Shown here: positions 36,006-50,050 of the stretch, one piece after another
How positions within the stretch are numbered: position 1 is the stretch's first letter
How the letters are laid out: every line of letters starts with the position of its first letter
Source: Octopus sinensis
Taxonomy: Eukaryota
Direction of reading: 5' to 3'
Length of the DNA stretch: 64,000 bases
NCBI RefSeq assembly: GCF_006345805.1
Contig: NC_043000.1
Location: forward strand, 58,094,001 to 58,158,000
The notes under the pieces: generated by a model
What the model was told of the DNA's origin: nothing
Database searches by the model: none
The model's input: the letters and a program-made list of their open reading frames with translations, nothing else
Program-made: the position numbers and the translations under genes

Positions 36006-37464
36006 AACATGTAGCGTCTGATAGGGTCTGATCTAAGTTTATTTTCAATGGATAAAATTGATATGTACTAAGCCACTATGATATAAAGTAATCTGCGAAG
36101 ACAGAAAAAAAAACATTAAAATGTAAAAGTTAATGCTTATTTTAATGTAAGTATTGAAAATGAACCTTCAAAATGATTGTGTCAAATATGTGATAGGACT
36201 TTCTTTCCCACCTCATATATAATATTTATACACAATAGACACGCTAACATACACATAACTATAGATGTGTGTGTGTGTGTGTGTGTATGTGTGTGTGTGT
36301 TTGTGTCTATTTGTATGTCCATAAGTGTGCTTGTGCGAGCATATAATTATTGAAATTTATTAATGTATGTGTGTTGGTGTATGTATGCAAAACAGAACAT
36401 ATGAATAGCATTTAAAAATAACATGATCTATTGCCAGTTCATATGCACTTCATATGAACTATATCTGAACTAAATATGAACTGACTTATGCACTTATCTG
36501 CACTATATAAGAACATATGTATGACATATGAAATGACAAAATGCTTCATTCTGTGTCTCAATTTACCTAACGGTTGGGAATAATTTCCGACATTGCCAGG
36601 GAATCTTACCTATGACAGACTTTTTTTGTAGAACACTATGACAAGTTCTTTATAGACATTTCCAAATAACGTTTTGAAGAACTATTTGATAAATATTATT
36701 ATTTTAGCTGCAACTCAGCCCTGATTCAACAGACCTTGCCGAAGACTTTTCATTCATAATCATTCTATTTTTACTTCTTGACATTGTACATAGTTCTACA
36801 TTATCATGTGTATCTCTCTTTTTAAGTTGACATGGTGAAATGATTTGAAGGATATTAGTTGCTGTTTCTAGGAGTCATAATGACTGTGCAAAACAGGCAT
36901 GGGTAATCATTTCGAGACATGGGCTGCATGAAACATGCTTCATCATCAGGTGGGCTACACTACTAAAATAATTTAACCCTTTTGCATTTAAACTGGTCAT
37001 CTCTGGCCAAAATATTCTACCTGCTTTAAGTTCAAACTGGCCAAACCTAGCACCCCACACCAATCCTATGATATTATTTTAAAAATTGAAGTTATGCCAT
37101 TTATCATATAAAAATGAATCTGGAAAGATAAAATCATTCATCCACCCAAAAACCCATCATCACTTGTCCATTCTGTAATCTGTAATTTCATCAGACATCA
37201 CCTTGTAAAATGAGATATTATATTATTCAGTGAAGCCATGATAGCAATTTTTTGTAGATAAATGCTAAAGCAATTTAATTTAAAAACAAAAATAAATGTT
37301 ATTTACTGAAGCTTTCTCCACTGGAATGTTATACTTAGTTACTGAGTTTCTTGCATAATTTTATATATCTTCTAACTGATATATAATCAGGAGTTGATTG
37401 AAGGAAGATTAAAAATTGACAATGTTAAGTACAAAACTATTTATTTGAATATTCCTTTCTCTAA

Positions 37465-37790
37465 CATAACTGGCACTCCATTGGTTACGACGAGGGTTCC
37501 AGTTGAACCAATCAATGGAACAACCTGGTTATGAAATTAATGTGCATGTGGCTGAGCACTCCATAGACATGTGTACCCTTAATGTAGTTCTCAGAGAGAT
37601 TCAGAGTGACATATAGTGTGACATGGTTGGCCCTTTGAAATACAGGTGCTACTCATTTTTGCCAGCTGAGTGGACTAGAGCAATGTGAAACAGTGTCTTG
37701 CTCAAGGGCACAATGTATCACCGGGAATTGAACTCAAGACCTTACAATTATGAGCTGAATACCCTAAACACTAAGCCATGTGCCTTCACT
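37465..37790 (-). mobile_element. tRNA-derived SINE (family C-related head), minus strand
   Basis: Reverse complement GTGAAGGCACATGGCTTAGTGTTTAGGG...GAGTTCAATTCCCGG...CCTTGAGCAAGACAC. Confidence 0.75.
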
Positions 37791-38084
37791 CTCTAACAGG
37801 TATATTCACATACAAACGCATATATATTGAGTAACATATATTAAATGCATAAAATTACTTCTAATAAACAAATGTAAGACTAATTTCATAAGGAAAAGAC
37901 TTCACTATTGGTAGACTTTTTTAGTGGAACAGGGGGATAAAAACAGCACTTGGATTTAAAAGTAAACTAGATGTTATGAAGATTCTGACCAGATAATTTT
38001 GATCAGAATGTGGTTTTGCTTAAATCTTACAATAGAACATTTAAGAATTAAAAAAAAAAATTTAGGGAATGAAATATTAATACT

Positions 38085-38820
38085 GTTTACATGGTGTGTT
38101 AAGAAGCTTGCTTCTCAACCACATGGTTCTGAGTTCAGTCCCACTGTGTGAAACCTTGAGCAAGTGTCTCCTACTATAGCCTTGAGCTGACCAAAGCCTT
38201 GTGAGTGGATTTAGTAGACGGAAATTGAAAGAAGCCTGTTGTGTGTGCATGTGTGTGTGTGTGTATTTGTTCCCCACCACCACTTGACAAACCAGTAGGG
38301 GTGTGTTTACGTGCCTATAACTTAGCAGTTCAGCAAAGCAGACCAATAGAATAAGTACTAGGCTTAAAAAAAAAATCCTGGGGCTGATTTGTTTGACTAA
38401 AACTCTTCAGCATGGCTGTAATCAAATGACTGAAACAAATAAAAGACTATAAAGAAAATAATACTTCTTTACATTTATGTACTTGTTTTGCAATATCCTT
38501 GATGTGAAATTGTGTGTAGCACCTTGGGGAGTGCCTTCTGTTATAGCTCTAGGCTGAACAAAGTCACATGAGTGTATTTGGTAGACAGAAACTGAAAGAA
38601 AACTGTCACATGTGTGTGTGTGTGTGTGTGTGACCACTACCTGACAGCCAGTGTTGTTTTTTTTACATCCTCTTTATTCAGCAGTTCAGCAAAAGTGACA
38701 GGTAGAATAAATACTAAGCTTTAAAAAAATTAGTACTGGGGTTGATTTGTTCAACTAGATTCTTCAAGTGATTCTCCAGTATGGCCACAATCTACTGACT
38801 GAAACAAGTAAAAGAGAAAA
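38085..38820 (+). mobile_element. Two tandem family A SINEs (38085-38455, 38500-38820)
   Basis: Diagnostic head, microsatellite and tail motifs. Confidence 0.75.
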
Positions 38821-39115
38821 GAAACTATACAAGAATGACAGGCACCTGTACCTATGGCATGTAAAAAGTGCCTTTCAAGCATTGGGTTTCATGGAGGCAA
38901 TGTGGCTGATGATGGTGTTGCATAACTAGCAACTGTGCTAGTGGCACATGAAAAGCACATCTTTGACTACTAAAAAAAAAAGAATCTATCATCCTATATA
39001 TATAAGAATTTCTATTTGTAAAATACCTGATTCTTTTTGTTGAATCTCTTAAAAAATCTCCCCTCAAAAAATTGAAACTTAAAAGTAAGATTTTAAACAG
39101 AAAATGGGTAGGTAT

Positions 39116-39345
39116 TTAACTCTTTTGATATCAGCCTGACCGAGACTAATTTTGGTTCTATAATAAAAAAAAACTTCCTGTTTAAAATGATCTTAATTAA
39201 AATGTTCCATCAAAATTTCATATTAATTTATGTTCTAAACATCAGCTTAACTATGGTGGTTATTTTATTAAATTCTTCATTATTTTAAAAATTAAATGAA
39301 AGAAAGGCTGTGTGCATTTCAACTGAAATATTGTAATGAAAGGGT
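39116..39345. mobile_element. piggyBac-type MITE family 2 (second copy ~42316-42530)
   Basis: TTAAC(T/C)CTTTTGATA left end and GAAAGGGTCA degenerate right end; the internal sequence is shared between the two copies. Confidence 0.5.
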
Positions 39346-40469
39346 CAGTTCTTTACTATGGATTTCATAACTTAAGATTTAGTTCTATATAAATTTGCAA
39401 TTCCAAAGTTAGAGTTTCTATATTGCAAACTAAAGTTGGATTCATTATCCTATGTACAAAACCATCAAGTGATGTTTCGATGCTTCATATTAAAAAGGTC
39501 AACCAATTGCCCAAGCTAAAAATGGTTGTCCATGGAGCTGCTAAATGCCCATGAATCGCATTGGCATATCTCATAATAATAGTACTGTGTATTTTCTGTG
39601 TTTATTGTCTGAATCGAAAATTGATATTACATGGCAATAAATAATAAATTGAAAGCATATTTAGCTTAGAACAGCACAAAGCTAAAAATGCTATTCTTTA
39701 AGAGAAAATACCAAAGCTGAAAATAGAAAACAATAAGAATAATAGCAATTAAAAAAAATGAAGGGTTTCTTGAAAAGATAAAATAATCATTATTTAGGAG
39801 AATGAAGGTTGTACTGTTGTAGAAAAGGTAGAGTTCTGGATTCAATGCATTAGAGTGCTTAGTTTTGTTCCCCTATATTTTGATTTAAAATCCCTCTCAT
39901 GTCTATAAAATAAATATCAGTAATTTACTGCCATTGATTCAATTGTACTTCTTTTCTACATGTTTATAGTTTTGATCAAATATAAGAAATCATTATTGTG
40001 AGGGTGCTTTAAATTATTACCACTGCTTTTACAAAGAATGGCCAACTATTATATAGGAAGATATTAATATCATTTAAATCAATCCACAAAAGGCTCCTAG
40101 CATTTTCTTTGAAATCCATAGCTGCATGTTTTGTTGATAAGAGGAAATATTGAAAGTTAGCCTAGATGTACATCTCTGCCTTCTAATGAATTTTCCCTGT
40201 CACTAAGAGCAGAGTGTGGCAACTGGGGCAATACAGCATTGGAGACTGAAACGCTTTGTAGTATTTAGTTTCACTTATTTTGAGTTCAAAACCTGCCAGT
40301 ATCAACTTTGTATTTCATCTCTTCTGAGTCAATAAAACAAGTACCAGTAATATACTGAAATTGACCTATATAGGAAAATGACTACAATATATGACATTTC
40401 AAGTTATGTGTTTCACTTGTTGGTTCAGGCATATATATGTATGAATGAGGTCTTACTTGTGAGTTCATG

Positions 40470-40790
40470 AACTTATATGTACATCAGCACAGCTCCCATG
40501 ACTTTAGGAAACATTTTTCACGCTGAGAGTTGCTGAAGCATGGAACAAACTGCCGGCATCGGTTGTTAGTTGTTGGAGCACTGCATCCTTCAAAACTTCC
40601 ATGCTTTCTGAGATTTGCCAACACTACACCTGATTTCCTCCCCTCCATACACACACAAGCATGTATCTGACTCATACATTGTTCGCTTTCCAGACATTTG
40701 TACATTACTGCATACACTTTATACGCACTTTATGACAAGTTGTGGTGCACCTGAGCACTGTTTACAATAATTTCATTATTATTATTATAT
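40470..40790 (+). mobile_element. CR1-clade LINE 3' end with (ATT)n tail
   Basis: FTLRVAEAWNKLPASVVSCWSTASFKT* is the canonical CR1 ORF2 C-terminal motif; the 3' UTR is shared with 52443-52590 (inverted). Confidence 0.8.
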
Positions 40791-42824
40791 ATAAGGCAAT
40801 AAGGGAGTTATTTGAGGAAAATTAGACTGCTATTTCTACCATTCTGATTTGCAATATGGAGGTTGTCTCATTGATAAGTAGGCTGGGTATGATTTGAGGT
40901 AGAATTGGCTGCTGCTTCTTTCAGGTATACTGATTTCATTGTTATTGCTGTTATCATTGCTGTTCAGCTGAAATCAGTTCTAAATAAATAAACCTATGGC
41001 AAAAATCCCTCCATTTGTGATCATCCTATTTTTCTGAAGAAGCTATGTTGCTTTAGATCATGCATATATATATACATACATATATACATACATCCTGTAG
41101 GATCTTACTTTATCAAAACATTGAGCATCATACCTAAGTATGAATTTAATATTATGTAACCAATGCTCATTAATTTTCTTAAATTCTTTGAAACCTTCTA
41201 TATTTTACTCAATGCAATTCCATAAAGAGTTATCAAATCCTGAAGGCAATGTTTTGGCATGCCCAATGTTGAATATTTATCATATATGTATCAAATTCTT
41301 TCATCTTGTTAACAGTGAAACTGCAGCAATGGTAATTACATTCTTGCCTGTTATATTTTTATTGAAGATAAACATTCTTCGAGTGAAGGAAGTTATGGAA
41401 CAACATAAACGTTTCCCTTTCATACTTCATCAAATTTCTCTGGCATATGATTTACAAATATTTTGAGGAAAACATTTACAATCATACAAATTCTATTTCT
41501 TTATTTGAAAGAAGGTGTTGACAGATTATTCAGTGCTTGAGTAACCACTTGGCAGCTATAAAATTTACATTTTGAATATTTCATTTATCATGTTGGAAAT
41601 TTACTGGTGGCATATGGATACCTGACAGTGGCACTGAGGTAGAGGAAGTTATGTTTGGCATGATGCCTAATGTAGGACAGGTATGATCAAAGGGCTAGAT
41701 GGCTGGATACCAACTTTGCTCTGTTTTACTTCATGCTGTTACCATTCTAACATTGATTATGTAATTATAAGGAATTCTATTGTAACAAAAAATAATAAAA
41801 AAATAACTCTGGTGTTGTGCAGAAATTTCATCATAATAAAAAGACACAGTTGTAGAGGAGGTAGTGGTGGCAGCAGCAGCAGCAGCCACAGCAGCAGCAG
41901 TAGTAGTAGTAGTAGGAGGAGGAGGAGATGATAGCAGAAATGGTAAAAACCAGCCATGTCAATATTAATATTATTATATTCAGCACAAGCCCCAGCAATA
42001 GCTATCATCAACACCAGATCCAACACACTATTGTTACTAACATTGCTATTACTGCCAACACTTCCAATAGTCTGACACCATACCCAGCCTCATTATAATG
42101 CTAGATGGAAAGATTAACTAGGATTAACCAAACTTATTAAATGAACAAATCAAAATTGCTAATCACTGGAATAATTGTGGCTTTAAGACATAAAAATACC
42201 TAAGATCCACTTAAAGCACAGTTCTCAAATTTTTTGATTTAGGAATGAAATGGAGATGAATTTTAAAAATTACAGGTAGACTTTGCATGGAAAATTATTA
42301 AAATGAATAGCTATATTTTAACCTTTTTGATACTAACCTGCTTGAAACTGCATGTTCTTTGATACAAAATACCTGTTTTAAAGTGATCTTAGTTAAAATT
42401 TTGTGTTAATGTTATAAACAGTAGTTTTATAGTGATAAAGTTATTTTACTAAATGCTTCATTATTTTCAAGATAAACAGACACAAAAGCAGCCTATTTCA
42501 ACAGATATATGGTAATAGAAGTGTTAAAGTAAAAATTCAGAAAAAAGAAAATATATAGAGTAGGCATGTAGCCTAGTAGTAAGAAAACTTTTTTTGCAGG
42601 ACAATCCCCAGTTTGGAAGGAGAATTATATCCTTGGGCAAGGTTTATTACTTTACATTCCTCTTGTTCATTCATGTTGTTAAAAAGAGTATTAAGACCAG
42701 TAGAGCATCCAGTCAGAATCAGTGCAATAATGTTAATGAGTCAATGGTACAACCACAAAAAAAACAAAAAACTCTTCTGGCATGAAGCAGGATATATTCA
42801 GCAGTGGACTACTATATCCTATCA

Positions 42825-43210
42825 TTGTCCTTTAGCATTTAATCAAGCATTTAATCAAGCATTTAATCAAGCCATATCTAGCCCAAATATTCTATCTGCC
42901 TTATGTTCAAACTGACCAGATTCAACTTCTCACATCTACCCTACAATGTCATTGTAAAAATATACAAGCACACCATTGAAATCTTGTACAAGATGTGTGA
43001 TTAATTCAAAGCAATGTGAATAAATAAGCATTACATTTGACAAAGAAATCTGAATGTCAAATGGTTAAACCAGCTACATCTGACCCAAATATTCAACCCG
43101 TTTTATTTCCAAGCTGGCCAAATCCAGGTTCTCACATCTATCCTACAATGTCAATCTAAAAATAAATTACCACATCATCAAGACTTCTGAGCTACAAAAT
43201 AATACAAGAT
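42825..43210. mobile_element. piggyBac-type MITE family 1: one full and one partial copy
   Basis: CCTTTAGCATTT...TCTGAATGTCAAATGG-TTAA; a 12-bp unit AGCATTTAATCA is triplicated near the left end. Confidence 0.6.
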
Positions 43211-43234
43211 CAGACCATATCAGATATTGCATGC

Positions 43235-43560
43235 TGCATGAATTCAAAATGGATTCTTCAACTGTGGGAGCAGCAAAAAATATGTGTACTATCTATGGAA
43301 ATGAAGCTTTGAGTTTCTGGATATGCCTGTGATAGTTTGGCCAGATTTGCTCAGGAATTTTTTCTCTAATAAATTCCCCTCAATTTGGATGACCAAGTTC
43401 TGTCAATACTGAGCTTCTGAAAACTATTATTGTGGAAAATCCAAAACAAACACTTCAAAACTAGAAAAAGTGTTTAAAATTTGTGGATCCCTCATCATCT
43501 GTCTGCTTTTCATCTTAATCAAAAAGTTGCCCAAATCGTCTGTCATTCATCAAGCAGCAT
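43235..43560 (+). pseudogene. mariner transposase N-terminal relic
   Basis: HEFKMDSSTVGAAKN...IYGNEALS resembles the Hsmar1-type first HTH (FEFKMGRKAAET.RNI...G). Confidence 0.55.
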
Positions 43561-44054
43561 GATGCAGGGAAAACTCTTGTGCCATTGGATTTGCTTAAGG
43601 AATTCTCTCATGTCCATAGAGTTTATAAAATATAAGAGAAAGTAAAAGTAAATAGAATTCACGAGGTTCTTTATTAATCATTACCAAAATGTATTCTAAT
43701 CAAAATAAGTGAAACAGAGATTAATGACCAGTAACATCTGCACTAAATAATGCACCATAACTATTTGTAAGGCAACTCACTCATAAAAGGACTGATGCAT
43801 GATGGATCAAAACATCATGTGATTGATAAAGAATCTTGTGAATTTCATTGTTTTTTTCTTTATGTCATATATATATATATGTATATGTATATGTATATGT
43901 ATATATATATATGTATGTATGCATATATATATATGTATATATATATATATGTATATATATATATGTATATATATATGAACGGATCTTCGGAGGTGAAAAG
44001 TCGCCAAAAGGGTATGCTCCTACTTTCAGTGTTTACAAATCCGAATTAAGGAAT

Positions 44055-44116
44055 TTTGAGCTGAGGAAAGAAATGTCGAATTGTATTTGGCTGATCTAGA
44101 AACGTACGTTCTCAAA
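44055..44116 (+). ncRNA. Type I hammerhead ribozyme, copy 1 of element 2
   Basis: UUUGAG-CUGAGGA-A-AGA-AAU-GUCGAAU(UGU)AUUUGGC-UGA-UCU-A-GAAA-CGUACG-UU-CUCAAA; palindromic stem III ACGUACGU; predicted cleavage 44110/44111. Confidence 0.8.
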
Positions 44117-44620
44117 TAACCTTTGCACTTGTGATTTTTTAATGTTTTTACCCCCATACCTTCGTGGGCTATTTTGAGTAAGCACTATCTGAGAGAAATT
44201 TTCTTTAAGTATTAGAATTTGGCTAAAAAAATTTTTTTGGGCTGCTATTTCTAATGAGTTCAGTATGTGGCAAAGTAATTTATTTTACTAAGCCCTTTAT
44301 AAAATGTAATATTTTGAATTCGCCTTAAATGGTCCCTTTACATACTGAATACTTGGTGAAATTGATTAATAATTAATTAAGTTTACCCTCAATTGTTGAA
44401 ATTATAATTCATTTCTCTCTGTTTAATGCTTCGGTTTTCACCGATAAAATTATGGTGTTTGCTAGGTTAGCCCACGTGGGTGGAAAGGGGAGGGCAGAAA
44501 TTCTTCGCTTGCATATTTTGAATTTGTTGGCACTGTTAGTCTGAACGGATCTTCGGAGGTGAAAAGTCGCCAAAAGGGTATGCTCCTACTTTCAGTGTTT
44601 ACAAATCCGAATTAAGGAAT

Positions 44621-44682
44621 TTTGAGCTGAGGAAAGAAATGTCGAATTGTATTTGGCTGATCTAGAAACGTACGTTCTCAAA
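44621..44682 (+). ncRNA. Type I hammerhead ribozyme, copy 2 of element 2
   Basis: Identical to copy 1 and 566 nt downstream; predicted cleavage 44676/44677. Confidence 0.8.
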
Positions 44683-44892
44683 TAACCTTTGCACTTGTGA
44701 TTTTTTAATGTTTTTACCCCCATACCTTCGTGGGCTATTTTGAGTAAGCACTATCTGAGAGAAATTTTCTTTAAGTATTAGAATTTGGCTAAAAAAATTT
44801 TTTTTTGGCTGCTATTTCTAATGAGTTCAGTATGTGGCAAAGTAATTTATTTTACTAAGCCCTTTATAAAATATATATATATATATATATAT

Positions 44893-45108
44893 ATTCAAAA
44901 TGTGACCTCGTGTGTACCATTGCCGATTTTTTTCCGCCGTCTTCCCTCCTCTGGATCTTTCCTTTTCCTATGTTTCTGATGAAGAGCTCCGCTCAGAACA
45001 TTAAACCCTCCTTCTTCACTTCCTTCCTGAGCATCCAATAATACTATATTTGATCCACGTCCTAGCCTTGTTGTGTTTTCTCTTTGTGTTTTCATGTTTG
45101 GATTAACT
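44893..45108 (+). mobile_element. Penelope-pLTR-like fragment with mutated minimal hammerhead
   Basis: GTTT-CUGAUGA-A-GAGC(UCC)GCUC-AGAACAUU-AAAC at 44972-45006; flanked by (TA)n on both sides. Confidence 0.6.
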
Positions 45109-45577
45109 ATATATATACATATATATATATATATAGAGAGAGAGAGGGAGAAGGAGAGAGAAGGGGAGAGAATGGACTAAACAGAACAGGAAGAAATACG
45201 TAAATGGAAGGGTTGATGAAGAGGTCACAGATGTGTGATGAAAGATTTCCAGACAATGGACACAAGATAAAATAAGAACAGTAATAAACGAATGAAGAAT
45301 GAATATATAGTGTGTGTGTGTGTGTGTTTATTTGGCAAGAAAAAGAAAAATGACCATCCTGAAATGTAAATGTGTGTATGTGTGTGTCCTTGTTTTGACA
45401 TCATATGATAGTTGTAAATAAGCATCACTGTGTGCAAGCTTTGAAAAGTGAACATTAAACCATAATGATGGTGATGATTCTTAAACACACACACACACAT
45501 GTGTGTGTGCATACGCATGCACGCAGAAACTCATACTCACACAAGTATATCATATGTTTGTGTATGTATGTTTGTAC

Positions 45578-45634
<57 letters not shown>

Positions 45635-45994
45635 TGTGTGTGTGTGTAAGTTTATTTTGCTTTATTATTTGGCATTAACCAACTTGCAGTTTCAGTCACA
45701 TTGCAAGACAAATATTTATTTTATTGCATATGCAACATTTGCTAAAAGCTATTAAATGTTTGAAAACATGGTTCTGTATTGTTAGTAAAGTCTGGAAGTT
45801 GGTTTGCATTTGGAAATACTATACACCTCCTTATGCAATATGTAATTTAAAACATAATAATTTATCTTTTTGTGAGTGCTTTGGATAGAATTCATGCTTA
45901 ATAAATTGTATCTAGAAGGAACTTTCATTTGTATCTTGAAGTTTTGGAGATGTTAATCACTTTTTCCTGTTTCAATAAATTTTGGTACATTCAT

Positions 45995-47260
<1,266 letters not shown>

Positions 47261-47264
47261 TCTG

Positions 47265-47307
<43 letters not shown>

Positions 47308-47324
47308 TATGTATGTATGTATAT

Positions 47325-47360
<36 letters not shown>

Positions 47361-47574
47361 ATATAAATATGTGTGTGTAAAGAAGTGCTGATCCCTAACT
47401 GTGGAGGGAAACTGGGAAGAGGTAGACCTGGAAAGATACGGGGCAAAGTGTTGAAGCATTTTCTTTGGCTGCTGGGTCTCACAGTGGTGATGACAAATGA
47501 TCAAGACCATTGATGGTTTGCTGTACTGGGGAAGACTCTTCAGGTCATGCAAAATTGGAGCCATAGACAGTGGC

Positions 47575-47830
47575 AATGACATTTAAAAGGCACCTGTGAT
47601 GGTGACACATAAAAGACACTCATGACAGTGACACATAAAAGGTACCTATTCCAGTGACACATACAAGGCATCCACTACACTCTTAGAGTGGTTGGCATTA
47701 GGAAGGGCATCCAGCTGTAGAAACCAAGCCAAAATCAGACTGGAGCCTGGTACAGTTCTCCATCTTACCAAATCTAGTCAAACCATTTAACCCATGCCAG
47801 CATGGAAAACAGATGCTAAATGATGACGAT
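47575..47830 (+). mobile_element. SINE-like family B
   Basis: Three degenerate GTGACACATAAAAG repeats and the standard 3' module. Confidence 0.75.
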
Positions 47831-47839
47831 ATATATATT

Positions 47840-47872
<33 letters not shown>

Positions 47873-48955
47873 GTTTAGTGACAATGTTTGTGTTGTTGTT
47901 CATTAATTATATGTATAGTGTAAGAGCTCCAGTTTGCAGCAAATTATATGCCCCAGTGGTCTTTCCTTGACACACACATATACACAAACATATATGGTAG
48001 GGAGAGAAAACTTCCATTCACTGGGGCCCCAGGTGGCATATATGAGAAAGGCCATCAGATATGAAGGTTAGCTGTGAATAGAAAAATAAACTGTCCCCGA
48101 TCAAACATTCTTAGGACATTAAACCTCAATGATAAAAAATCCCAACCTTGAATTGTGGGAGCTATGTACGTGGTGGATGCAAGCTTCAACAAATTGATTC
48201 GTTGGATCTGTGCAACTTTTGCTTCACCAAGGGAAATCTTGTCTCTACTAATGAGGAAATACAATCTCTGGGAGGAGTATGTGACCCCTGTCAGTATTAA
48301 GCGAATGAAAGGCCAGTTTGGAATCTGGCCATAATGAAAAGCACAAATACATATGCAAATGCACACATATATTAGAGTACCTATGCTGTTAATATACTTA
48401 AATTTATTGAAAATTTATTGAAAAATAAAATTAAAAAGAAAAGACTGTTTCATTCTAAATGCAGATAATTTCATGCTCTCATAGACATTGAACTGAACGA
48501 TCTTGAAAAGATTATTTTGGTGATTCAATACTTACTTTAATAGTATACAAACAGAGCATTTGACATTTAACAAATCTCAGAAAAATGATCAAATAACAAG
48601 GCACAGCTGGTAGTAGCTTTTTAGCCACCATGTAATTTAATAATTCTTTCATTTTCTAAGATTTTGGAGGGAAAAATCTTATTCTGAAAAGATTTTCTTG
48701 GCTGTTAAAGTTATAACAAAATTCCACGTGCCTACAAGTCTTTAATATTTTTTGGTTGTAATTATTTTCTATGTGCAGTTTAAAATAATTTTTACTCCTA
48801 CTTATTCTGAGTGCTGCACACAAATGAGATAGTGGATAAGATTGAAGTTATCTCCCTTTATATAACAAACACTGTCATATGTATACACATATCTACATAC
48901 ATACACATATAAACATATTTACACACATGCATACATATAGGTATGTTGTGTGTGT

Positions 48956-49026
<71 letters not shown>

Positions 49027-49104
49027 CATATATATAGCTACACATACATAGACATAGTTACATAAATGTCTGTATGTATGTATGTATATATATATATATA
49101 TACA

Positions 49105-49521
49105 CATACTGTTACGCTGTTACACTTCCAGAAGGGAAGGGTCTTCCTTTGATTCTGACATGCAATGTCTGTGCAAGACCCTGCCTCAGTAAAGCTGGAC
49201 TCATGAGTCATCTTCGTAGTCATAAAACGAGACAGATGAGTGACAACCTGGCCACTGGTGGTGGTGTAACACACCATACTAATCATATCTGTTGGGCATG
49301 TGGAAGAGAGTGTAATTCGGTAGGAGGACTTAAACGACATGCAAAGGTACATGAAGCCCAGTTACAACTACAACTGGCAATTACCAGTAAAGGTTTTAGT
49401 TGTCAATTTTGTACAAGACATTGTAGATCTTTAGCTGGGCTAAAAAGTCACATTCGATCACAGCACTAGTAACAGTTAAGCTTCGTGCAATGGCCATACT
49501 CGATAACGAGGGGGCAGCCAT
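49105..49521 (+). mobile_element. 5'-truncated RTE-clade LINE 3' end encoding three C2H2 zinc fingers
   Basis: Open frame CNVC..CLSKAGLMSHLRSH / CWAC..CNSVGGLKRHAKVH / CQFC..CRSLAGLKSHIRSQH*, a short 3' UTR with stem-loop ATGGC..CTCG(ATAA)CGAG..GCCAT, then (AT)n. Confidence 0.7.
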
Positions 49522-49554
49522 AATATATATATATATATATTATATGTATATATC

Positions 49555-50050
49555 ACCATCATTGTTTAACAACCGTTTTCCATGCTGGCAAAGTTTGAAC
49601 TATTTGATAGATGCTGGCCAGCTGGAGAGCTATCTGGTCTTCAGTTGTCTGTTTTGGCATGGTTTCTACAGCTGGATGTCTTTCCTGACACCAACCACTT
49701 TACAGAGTGTGCTGGGTGCTTTCTATGTGCCACCAGCATTTGTACATTTATATAGCACTGGCATGAGTGCATTTTACATGGCAGCAGAACCTGCAAAGGA
49801 TATGCCAGTGTGTATGGATGGCTGTGATGTTACTTAGCCTGACATGTTTTCTCAAGTACAGGAAATCGCCAGAAGTCCCTTGTCATCTCCTCAATGAGGC
49901 ACAGTATCTGAAGATCCTTTCTCACCACCTTGTTCCATGTCTTCCTGGATCTACCTCTTCCACATGTTCCCTCCACAATTAAAGACTGGTACTTCTATAA
50001 GCAGCTGTCCTCATCCATACACATCACATAACCATACCAGTGTAGTCTTC
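49555..50050 (-). mobile_element. SINE-like family B, long copy, minus strand
   Basis: Similar to 8020-8650. Confidence 0.7.

Larger units (their letters stand above)
43976..44872 (+). mobile_element. Hammerhead-bearing partial-tandem element 2 (retrozyme/PLE-derived), 566-bp unit, very young
   Basis: Direct repeats 43976-44305 and 44542-44872 differ only in one T/G run; each contains a hammerhead; both ends lie in (TA)n. Confidence 0.85.

Noticed and set aside
49074-49469. Host C2H2 zinc-finger gene
   Set aside because: The start lies in a microsatellite, there are no TGEKP linkers, and the LINE-type 3' UTR and (AT)n tail favour an RTE 3' end.
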